Of a stretch of 64,000 nt of DNA, positions 29,941 through 35,595 are shown in pieces (positions within the stretch are counted from its first letter, which is position 1; every line of letters starts with the position of its first letter). This DNA is from Gemmatimonadales bacterium. Its GTDB lineage: Bacteria > Gemmatimonadota > Gemmatimonadetes > Gemmatimonadales > GWC2-71-9. The DNA is taken from positions 22,834-86,833 of the forward strand of contig JBBDYB010000009.1 of NCBI GenBank assembly GCA_040901965.1. Direction: 5' to 3'. Made by a program: the position numbers and the translations under genes. Below the pieces are notes generated by a model. It saw only the letters and a program-made list of their open reading frames with translations, did no database searches and was not told where the DNA came from.

Positions 29941-30183
29941 ATGCCGCGGGACAAGATCGCCATCACGCTCGACCGCCAGATGCTGCGGCGCCTCGACCAC
30001 CTGGTGCGCGGCAAGGTCTTCCCCAACCGCAGCCACGCCATCCAGCAGGCCGTCGCCGAGAAGCTCGACCGGCTGGACCGCTCCCGCCTCGCCCGCGAAT
30101 CCGCCAAGCTCGACCCGCGCGAGGAAGCCGCCCTCGCCGAGGAAGGCCTCGCGGCAGACCTCGGGATGTGGCCCGGATACTGA
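29941..30183 (+). CDS. mazE: ribbon-helix-helix antitoxin (MazE/CopG-like)
   Basis: MPRDKIAITLDRQMLRRLDHLV is an RHH N-terminus. It overlaps the downstream toxin by 16 nt. Confidence 0.75.
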   Translation: MPRDKIAITLDRQMLRRLDHLVRGKVFPNRSHAIQQAVAEKLDRLDRSRLARESAKLDPREEAALAEEGLAADLGMWPGY

Positions 30184-30503
30184 GGGGAGACATCCGCTGG
30201 GCTGACCTGAGCCCGACGCGCGGCGCCGAGCCGGCCGGCCGGCGTCCCGTCCTCGTGCTCAGTCACGACGTGTTCAACGAACGCTCCGGCACTGTCCTCG
30301 CCGCGGCCGTGACCAGCCAGCCCCAGCGCGCCGGCTTCCCGCTCACCCTCGAACTCCACGCTCCCGATCTCCCCAAACGGTCGTGGGTCAAGATCGGGCA
30401 GATCCGCACCCTGGCCCGGGAACGCATCGGCCGCCGCCTCGCCACCGCCACCCCTGAAGAAACCGCCCTCGTCGTCGAGGGACTCCTCGAGATCATCGCC
30501 TGA
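30168..30503 (+). CDS. mazF: MazF/PemK family endoribonuclease toxin
   Basis: The GTG at 30168 gives VARILRGDIRWADLSPTRGAEPAGRRPVLVLSHDVFN...VTSQ, a PemK signature. Confidence 0.85.
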   Translation: MARILRGDIRWADLSPTRGAEPAGRRPVLVLSHDVFNERSGTVLAAAVTSQPQRAGFPLTLELHAPDLPKRSWVKIGQIRTLARERIGRRLATATPEETALVVEGLLEIIA

Positions 30504-30596
30504 TCGGGAGCGTCGCGCTTTAGATGTGTCGCGTCGTCGAGGCAAGGGGGACGGGGAGTTTTGCCTCCGGCGGCCGTACGCGATCGTGCTGTAAGT

Positions 30597-30647
30597 CCCC
30601 GCCCTTCAGGGCGCGTGGTCTTGCCGAGCCGCCCCTTCAGGGGACGG
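30597..30647 (+). repeat. double-hairpin repeat, copy E1
   Basis: CGCCC-TTCA-GGGCG ... GCCGAGCCG ... CCCC-TTCA-GGGG-ACGG. Same architecture as copies at 31694, 33492 and 35462. Confidence 0.6.
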
Positions 30648-30670
30648 ATATGACGCGCGGGCCGATTTCC

Positions 30671-30703
30671 CTCTTGACTCGGCCGCCGAGCCGAGCGTAC
30701 TCT
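30671..30703 (+). promoter_or_regulatory. conserved promoter/palindrome P_A: TTGACT-N18-TACTCT with CTCGGC-C-GCCGAG in the spacer
   Basis: CTCTTGACTCGGCCGCCGAGCCGAGCGTACTCT. The -10 ends 76 nt before the ATG at 30779, the same distance as for P_B and P_C. Confidence 0.55.
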
Positions 30704-30778
30704 GGGGCATGCAGCCGCCAGCTCTGCTACGCGTTTATTCGGTTACCCCCCGCCCGCAGCGTCACCCATCGTGTCCGG

Positions 30779-31150
30779 ATGCCCTTGACCCTCAAACTGT
30801 CGCGCAAGTTCTACGAGGCACTTGGCGAGGACGTCACGAACGAATTTGTGGACGCGCTGAATAGCGTGGACGCCGCCTACCGGTCGGACCTGCGCGACAT
30901 CATCGATCAACGCTTCACTCAATTGAAGACCGAGCTCGACGCCCGCTTCACGCAATTTGAGACGAAAGTCGAAGCGAGGCTTACCACGCTCCACGCCGAC
31001 CTCGACATCAAATGGACGGAACGCTGGACCGCGCTCGATGCCAAGTTCGATCGCAACCTCGAACGGCTGAAATCAGAGCTGCTGCGCTGGATGTTCGGCT
31101 TCTGGGTCTCTACGCTCATTGGACTCGGCGCGCTGTTTCTGCGGCGCTGA
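30779..31150 (+). CDS. small coiled-coil protein with C-terminal TM anchor (DUF1640/CCDC90-like), paralog 1
   Basis: MPLTLKLSRKFYEALGEDVTNEFV..., heptad-like repeats, then LKSELLRWMFGFWVSTLIGLGALFL. Internal ATG of track ORF 30524-31150. Family label is from memory. Confidence 0.65.
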   Translation: MPLTLKLSRKFYEALGEDVTNEFVDALNSVDAAYRSDLRDIIDQRFTQLKTELDARFTQFETKVEARLTTLHADLDIKWTERWTALDAKFDRNLERLKSELLRWMFGFWVSTLIGLGALFLRR

Positions 31151-31185
31151 TCCGCCTATTCCCAGACGACCAGTCGATCGCACAC

Positions 31186-31258
31186 AAAAAAGGCCGCTGC
31201 GGATCTCGCAGCGGCCTCGAAGCAGTGGCGGAAACCACAGCTCCCTGTCAAGGTGCAT
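31186..31258 (-). ncRNA. candidate ~73-nt sRNA with its own promoter and intrinsic terminator
   Basis: The minus strand shows TTGACT (31291-31286)-N17-TACGTT (31268-31263). About 70 nt downstream is a 10-bp GC stem (31216-31207/31201-31192) followed by U6 (31191-31186). No ORF is present. Confidence 0.35.
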
Positions 31259-31262
31259 TTAC

Positions 31263-31291
31263 AACGTAAGTCAGCGTGACTGCCGAGTCAA
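31263..31291 (-). promoter_or_regulatory. mirror-image copy of the TTGACTCGGC promoter driving the candidate sRNA
   Basis: GCCGAGTCAAGA (31282-31293) is the exact inverted repeat of TCTTGACTCGGC (31309-31320) of P_B. The -10-like TACGTT sits at 17-nt spacing. Confidence 0.4.
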
Positions 31292-31307
31292 GAACGGGGC
31301 CGCCGCC

Positions 31308-31341
31308 CTCTTGACTCGGCGGCCGAGCCGAGCCGTACCGT
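31308..31341 (+). promoter_or_regulatory. conserved promoter/palindrome P_B: TTGACT-N19-TACCGT
   Basis: CTCTTGACTCGGCGGCCGAGCCGAGCCGTACCGT. The -10 ends 76 nt before the ATG at 31417. By my hand alignment the leader is roughly three-quarters identical to that of P_A, including CGTTTATTCGGTTACCCCCC. Confidence 0.55.
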
Positions 31342-31416
31342 GGTGGATGCAGGCGCCCACTCCCCAACCCGTTTATTCGGTTACCCCCCCACAGCACCGT
31401 CGCGTATCGTGCGCGC

Positions 31417-31677
31417 ATGCCCGTGACCCTCAAACTGTCCCGCAGGTTCTACCAGGCGCTCGGAAAGGACGCCCTGAATAGCGTGGACGCCGCGTACCGA
31501 TCGGAACTGCGGGAGCTGGCTGATCTGCAGTATGCGCGTTTCGAAGCGCGGCTCGAGCAGCGGCTCGCCGAGCTGAAGAGCGATCTCGTGAAGTGGATGT
31601 TCGCATTCTGGGCACCCACCGCCCTGGGGATCATCGGAACCGCTATCGCGGTTGTTTCACTGCTGACACGTCAGTAG
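31417..31677 (+). CDS. small coiled-coil protein with C-terminal TM anchor, paralog 2 (shorter)
   Basis: MPVTLKLSRRFYQALGKDALNSVDAAYRSELRE...LKSDLVKWMFAFWAPTALGIIG; track ORF. Confidence 0.65.
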   Translation: MPVTLKLSRRFYQALGKDALNSVDAAYRSELRELADLQYARFEARLEQRLAELKSDLVKWMFAFWAPTALGIIGTAIAVVSLLTRQ

Positions 31678-31693
31678 CTCCCGCCATATTGTC

Positions 31694-31744
31694 CACCGCG
31701 CTTCAGCGCGCGTGCAGTCGCCGAGCCGGTCCTTCAGGACACGG
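31694..31744 (+). repeat. double-hairpin repeat, copy E2
   Basis: CGCGC-TTCA-GCGCG ... GCCGAGCCG ... GTCC-TTCA-GGAC-ACGG, starting 17 nt after the paralog-2 stop. Confidence 0.6.
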
Positions 31745-31764
31745 ATTCAATCAGGTCGGGACCG

Positions 31765-32226
31765 TTACGACCCTATCGACTCGGCGGGGGAAGCATCAGA
31801 GCCGTACACATGGTCAATCGCGTCCAGCCAAAGGTCCTTGGGTACAAGCCGCACGGCCTCGAGCAAGCCCACATTCACCAGCAGGAGCGCTAATAGGCGG
31901 CGCCTCGACTCCAGGTGCTCGGCGGTATCGAAGAGGTACCCTTCGAGCAACTCGAACTTTTCCGGGGTGTTCGCATGATACTCCTGGATGTCGATCCCAC
32001 GCGGGTGGAGATCGGGAACCGGTAGCACTTCAGACCCCGGCACACTGGGGCGATCCCGGTGCTCACGCGAGTGGCTCGCCTCCACGATCATGCGGGCGAT
32101 AAGCAGCAGCGCCTTCCTGGCTAGCTCCAGCCAGGCAAGGTGTCGCTCTTGAAAGTCTCGCCTGATGCGGAATTCGACCTCTTGTAGCTCGTACCTGAGC
32201 GACGTGAAGTCGTCTTGTGAATTCAT
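31765..32226 (-). CDS. hypothetical protein
   Basis: The ATG at 32226 gives MNSQDDFTSLRYELQEVEF.... Composition is non-repetitive. No family was recognised, apart from a weak Uma2-like EYHANTPEKFELLEGYL. Confidence 0.4.
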   Translation of the reverse strand: MNSQDDFTSLRYELQEVEFRIRRDFQERHLAWLELARKALLLIARMIVEASHSREHRDRPSVPGSEVLPVPDLHPRGIDIQEYHANTPEKFELLEGYLFDTAEHLESRRRLLALLLVNVGLLEAVRLVPKDLWLDAIDHVYGSDASPAESIGS

Positions 32227-32292
32227 GATCTGCGAATATGGGCAATCCATTCCGCGCATACATAGAGCAAAAAAACGCGCGTCGCGTAACTT

Positions 32293-32478
32293 GTGGCTGC
32301 GATGAAAACCCGGATCGCAGTCGCAGTATCCGTCCTCGCTATCCTCGTCCTCACCCTGCGCCCGGCCGGCACGGAGCTGGCCCCCGGCTGGTCCTACAAC
32401 CTCACCTCGGGCGAGGCCGCGCTCGCCGAGCTGATCATCGCCCTGATTCCCTTACCTCTCCAGTCCCGCGCTTATTAA
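32293..32478 (+). pseudogene. N-terminal VanZ-like fragment (61 codons)
   Basis: MKTRIAVAVSVLAILVLTLRPAGTELAPGWSYNLTSGEAALAE parallels RFVRVAFLALSTLAILVATLRPGGSTLPRGWSLSLASGEAAFAE of the gene at 34108-35469, then diverges and stops. Confidence 0.5.
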
Positions 32479-32563
32479 TCCTCCACCACGCCCCGGACGA
32501 TTGCGGCCGTGTACCAGCTTCGTAACATTGCCCTCGGCCCCTGATGACAACCATCACTCGTTG

Positions 32564-33469
32564 ATGACCCCCACCCCGAAGCCGCTGCTTCTCGTCGCCA
32601 GCACCGAGAAGTCGCAGTTGCGTGCGCTGGAAGCGGAATTCGCCGCCGGCGGCTACGCTGTCGTCACGGCCAGCGCCGAGCACGCCGTCGTCGAACAGGC
32701 GCAAAACCAGAAGCCGCACGCGATTGTGCTCGACGTCGGGGTCGCCCCGCCGGGCTACGGCCTGGCCCGCACCCTGCGCACCGATCCCGCCATCTCCCCC
32801 GCCACTCCCATCGTCCTGACGCGGCCGGGCAAGGCAACACGCACGCAGCAGATCGAAGCCTGGCGCGCGGGCGCGTGGGACCTCCGCGAAGAGCCCTTCG
32901 ACCCCGAAGACTTCATCGCGCGCCTGAACGTGTTCGTCCAGGCCAAGCTCGAGCTGGACCGCGTCGGCGCGGAGTGCCTCGTGGACCGCAGCAGCGGGTT
33001 GTACAACCCCGAGGGACTGGAGCGCCGGGCCGCCGAGCTCGCCGCCTTCGCCGTGCGCCAAGGCCTCGGCCTCGCGTGCGCCGTCTTCCGGCCCGCCCGC
33101 GCCTTGCCCGATAACACCGCCGGCGACCGCATGGCGCTGGCGTTCAAGTCGGCGGGCCGCACGTCCGACGCGATCGGCCGCACCGGCCCCGCCGAGTTCG
33201 CCGTCTTTGCCCCCGGCACCAACACCTGGGCCGCGGCGAGACTCGTGCAGCGCATGACCGACAGCGTGGAGCGTGAGTTTACCCACATGGAGGAGCGAGG
33301 GAAACGGCGCCGGTGGCGGTCCGGGCCGGCTACAGCGCCACCCAAGCCTCCCACAAGATCTCGCCACCCAAATTGCTCGCCAAAGCGCGCGGCGCGCTGG
33401 AAGAGAACCGCTCGCCCCGGTAGGGGGCGAGGGCTCTTGACTCGGCCCTCGCCTCGGACCACACGCTGA
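32564..33469 (+). CDS. atypical REC plus degenerate GGDEF (GPAEF) protein, paralog 1, probable C-terminal frameshift
   Basis: Collinear with 38714-39532 up to ...RLVQRMTDSVERE. The paralog-like tail VRAGYSATQASHKISPPKLLAKARGALEENRSPR* then reads in frame 1, ending at TAG 33421-33423. The track frame runs on as an Arg-rich tail to 33469. Confidence 0.6.
   Translation: MTPTPKPLLLVASTEKSQLRALEAEFAAGGYAVVTASAEHAVVEQAQNQKPHAIVLDVGVAPPGYGLARTLRTDPAISPATPIVLTRPGKATRTQQIEAWRAGAWDLREEPFDPEDFIARLNVFVQAKLELDRVGAECLVDRSSGLYNPEGLERRAAELAAFAVRQGLGLACAVFRPARALPDNTAGDRMALAFKSAGRTSDAIGRTGPAEFAVFAPGTNTWAAARLVQRMTDSVEREFTHMEERGKRRRWRSGPATAPPKPPTRSRHPNCSPKRAARWKRTARPGRGRGLLTRPSPRTTR
33426..33453 (+). repeat. 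hairpin GGCGAGGGC-N10-GCCCTCGCC enclosing a partial TCTTGACTCGG promoter motif
   Basis: Read directly. The TTGACT at 33437-33442 has no matching -10, so this is treated as a partial copy (P_D). Confidence 0.35.
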
Positions 33470-33491
33470 AGCGTGGGCCCGGTGAATCATT

Positions 33492-33540
33492 GTGCCTAGG
33501 CACAGTGCAGTGTCGGGCCCAGGCTTGAGCCTGGGAACGG
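33492..33540 (+). repeat. double-hairpin repeat, diverged copy E4
   Basis: GTGCC-TA-GGCAC ... CAGTGCAGTGTCGGG ... CCCAGGC-TTGA-GCCTGGG-AACGG. Confidence 0.45.
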
Positions 33541-33619
33541 CACGGTAGTCCTGGTCGACTTTCCCGTCGATCATCCCGGCGAGCGGGTATCTGGCCGACC
33601 ATTACCCACCGAGTGTCGG

Positions 33620-33652
33620 CTCTTGACTCGGCCGCCGAGCCGAGCGTACCGT
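33620..33652 (+). promoter_or_regulatory. conserved promoter/palindrome P_C: TTGACT-N18-TACCGT
   Basis: CTCTTGACTCGGCCGCCGAGCCGAGCGTACCGT. The -10 ends 76 nt before the ATG at 33728. Confidence 0.55.
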
Positions 33653-33727
33653 GCATCATGCGACCGTTCGCTCCGTCTCGCGGCCTTTCGATGACCGGTG
33701 CGCCGCGCTTGCACGCGATATTCGCGC

Positions 33728-34096
33728 ATGCCCGTCACCGCCAAATTGTCCAGCAAGTTTTATCAGAAGCTCGGGGAAGATGTCGCGAACGAGCTTGTGG
33801 AATTGCTCAATAACGTGCATACCACGTCCCGGGGGGATTTGCGCGAGCTCAATGATTCGAACTTCAGCCGGTTCGAGGGGAAGCTCGCGGAGATGAATGG
33901 ACGGTGGGAGGGTCGCTTCACGGCCTTTGACGCGAAGCTCGAGCAGCGGCTGGCAGAATTCAATCGCGACCTCGCCGATCGCCTTGCCCAGCTCGAGTCA
34001 CGGCTCACGTGGCGAATGTTCGCGTTCTGGGCTCCCACGGCGCTCGCCGTCATCGGCAGCGGCGCGGGCGTTATCAGCCTCCTGCTCCGGCGCTGA
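33728..34096 (+). CDS. small coiled-coil protein with C-terminal TM anchor, paralog 3
   Basis: MPVTAKLSSKFYQKLGEDVANELV...LESRLTWRMFAFWAPTALAVIG; internal ATG of track ORF 33698-34096. Confidence 0.65.
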   Translation: MPVTAKLSSKFYQKLGEDVANELVELLNNVHTTSRGDLRELNDSNFSRFEGKLAEMNGRWEGRFTAFDAKLEQRLAEFNRDLADRLAQLESRLTWRMFAFWAPTALAVIGSGAGVISLLLRR

Positions 34097-34107
34097 ACCG
34101 TAGCTGG

Positions 34108-35469
34108 GTGGAAGGCTTGTCTGACCCCGGGCGCGAGCCCGGGGATCACAGATTCGTCCGCGTTGCCTTTCTCGCTCTCTCCACCCTCGCCATCCTCGTC
34201 GCCACCCTCCGCCCCGGCGGATCCACACTGCCGCGCGGCTGGTCCCTCTCCCTCGCCTCCGGCGAAGCCGCGTTCGCCGAAGTCATCCAGAACCTGCTCC
34301 TCTTCATCCCCCTCGGCATGGCGCTCGTCTGGAACGGCGTCCCCCCCCGGCCGCTGCGCGCCATCGCGATCGGCGCGGGGCTCTCCTGCACCGTCGAGTT
34401 CATCCAGCAGTGGCTCCCGGGCCGCGACCCGAGCGTGGGCGACATTCTCTGCAACACGATCAGCACCGCCATCGGCGTAGCACTGGTGCGCACCGCGCCC
34501 CGCTGGCTCACAGTCACTCCCCGCCGCGCCGCCCGGCAATCAGTCGCCACCGCCCTCGCCGCCGCTACTGTGTGGCTCGGCACCGGCGCCCTGCTCCGCC
34601 CGGTTCTCCCGCCGCCACCCTACCGCGACATCTGGAACCCCAGCTTCAACTACTGGGGCAAGTATCAGGGCAATGTGCTCTCGGCCAGCCTCGGCCCTCT
34701 TCCTTTATCACAGGGCTGGATAGACGACACCAGTCTGACTGACCCCGGGCGCAAGCCCGGGGAAATCGAAATCACCCCCGGAACTCTCTCTGACCCCGGG
34801 CGGCAGCCCGGGGAACACCCACTCTCGGCACGGCTGCTTCTTCTTTCAGGCCAACCGCTCCGCATCACGGCCATCGCCGCGCGCCGCCCTCCCGGCCGCC
34901 CATCGCCGCTCGTGGCCATTCTGGACGCGCGCGACACCAGGGTGCTGGTCGTCGCCGTGGACCGGACCGACCTCGCGCTCCACTACCACATCCGCGCCGT
35001 CGCGCTCACCCTTGGACAACCCGATCTGCGTTGGCGCAACGCACTCGACCGCATCGCGCCCGGCGACACGTTCACCGTGCAAACCTGGCGCGGCGAGCGC
35101 GGCGAGCGCGGCAGCTGCCTCGGCGTCAACTCCGAACGGCGCTGCGGCCTCGGCTACACGATCGGCGACGGCTGGAAACTGATCTTCTACCCGGAACACT
35201 TCCCCGGCTGGGCGCTGACTCTCCTCAACGCCCTCTGGGTCGGCGGCTGGCTGCTCGGCGTGGGCTATTGGGGAGGACGGGCGGCGATGGGCGGCGTGGC
35301 AATCGGACTCGCGATTGTGGGACTGGCGCTCGTTCCGGCGCTGACAGGACTCAATGCGACGCCGGTGGTGGAGTGGATTGGAGGAGTGGCGGGAATTGTG
35401 GGAGGATACCTAGCCTCCGGTCGTGACCGTGTCCTAAAGGACCGGCTCGGCTACTACACCCGTCCTTAA
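34108..35469 (+). CDS. VanZ-family membrane protein with long C-terminal extension
   Basis: VanZ core LRPGG...FIPLGMAL...EFIQQWLPGRDPSVGDILCNTISTAIG. High GC3 continues to the end. The only in-frame starts upstream of TM1 are GTG 34108 and TTG 34117. Confidence 0.65.
   Translation: MEGLSDPGREPGDHRFVRVAFLALSTLAILVATLRPGGSTLPRGWSLSLASGEAAFAEVIQNLLLFIPLGMALVWNGVPPRPLRAIAIGAGLSCTVEFIQQWLPGRDPSVGDILCNTISTAIGVALVRTAPRWLTVTPRRAARQSVATALAAATVWLGTGALLRPVLPPPPYRDIWNPSFNYWGKYQGNVLSASLGPLPLSQGWIDDTSLTDPGRKPGEIEITPGTLSDPGRQPGEHPLSARLLLLSGQPLRITAIAARRPPGRPSPLVAILDARDTRVLVVAVDRTDLALHYHIRAVALTLGQPDLRWRNALDRIAPGDTFTVQTWRGERGERGSCLGVNSERRCGLGYTIGDGWKLIFYPEHFPGWALTLLNALWVGGWLLGVGYWGGRAAMGGVAIGLAIVGLALVPALTGLNATPVVEWIGGVAGIVGGYLASGRDRVLKDRLGYYTRP
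34121..34145 (+). repeat. 26-nt palindromic element CTGACCCCGGGCG-NN-AGCCCGGGGA, copy R1 (in CDS)
   Basis: CTGACCCCGGGCGCGAGCCCGGGGA, translated SDPGREPGD in the VanZ-like frame. Confidence 0.6.
34739..34764 (+). repeat. palindromic element, copy R2 (in CDS)
   Basis: CTGACCCCGGGCGCAAGCCCGGGGAA, translated TDPGRKPGE. Confidence 0.6.
34790..34815 (+). repeat. palindromic element, copy R3 (in CDS)
   Basis: CTGACCCCGGGCGGCAGCCCGGGGAA, translated SDPGRQPGE. Confidence 0.6.
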
Positions 35470-35508
35470 GGACGCGTGCTCTGGCCGAGCCGGCCCTTCA
35501 GGGCACGG
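35431..35508 (+). repeat. double-hairpin repeat, copy E3, with an extra inverted arm
   Basis: GTCC-TAAA-GGAC-CGGCTCGGC ... GTCC-TTAA-GGAC ... GCCGAGCCG-GCCC-TTCA-GGGC-ACGG. The VanZ-like TAA stop (35467-35469) lies in a hairpin loop. Confidence 0.6.
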
Positions 35509-35545
35509 TCCACGACGCTGGCCCGGAGAACACAACCGCCCTGGG

Positions 35546-35571
35546 AAGGTCTTTTTTCCCCGGGCTTTCGC
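35546..35571 (-). repeat. palindromic element, copy R4 (intergenic, inverted)
   Basis: The reverse complement reads CTGACCCCGGGCGAAAGCCCGGGGAA. It lies between two convergent genes. Confidence 0.6.
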
Positions 35572-35595
35572 CCGGGGTCAGCCATCGCAGTCGCA

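Noticed and set aside
30709-30860. Upstream ORFs starting ATGCAG in the leaders of paralogs 1 and 2 (MQPPALLRVYSVTP... and MQAPTPQPVYSVTP...).
   Set aside because: The similarity is explained by nucleotide conservation of the leader and of the overlapping main-gene N-terminus. The third leader has no equivalent ORF.
30597-35571. Repeated palindromes considered as a CRISPR array.
   Set aside because: The copies are irregularly spaced (0.05-2 kb), lie in different orientations, some sit inside genes, and no cas genes are present.
35546-35571. CCCCGGGC-TTTC-GCCCGGGG hairpin considered as a bidirectional intrinsic terminator between convergent genes.
   Set aside because: The T-tract precedes the stem on the plus strand and becomes an A-tract after the stem on the minus strand, so neither orientation is canonical. 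It is better explained as copy R4 of the palindromic element.
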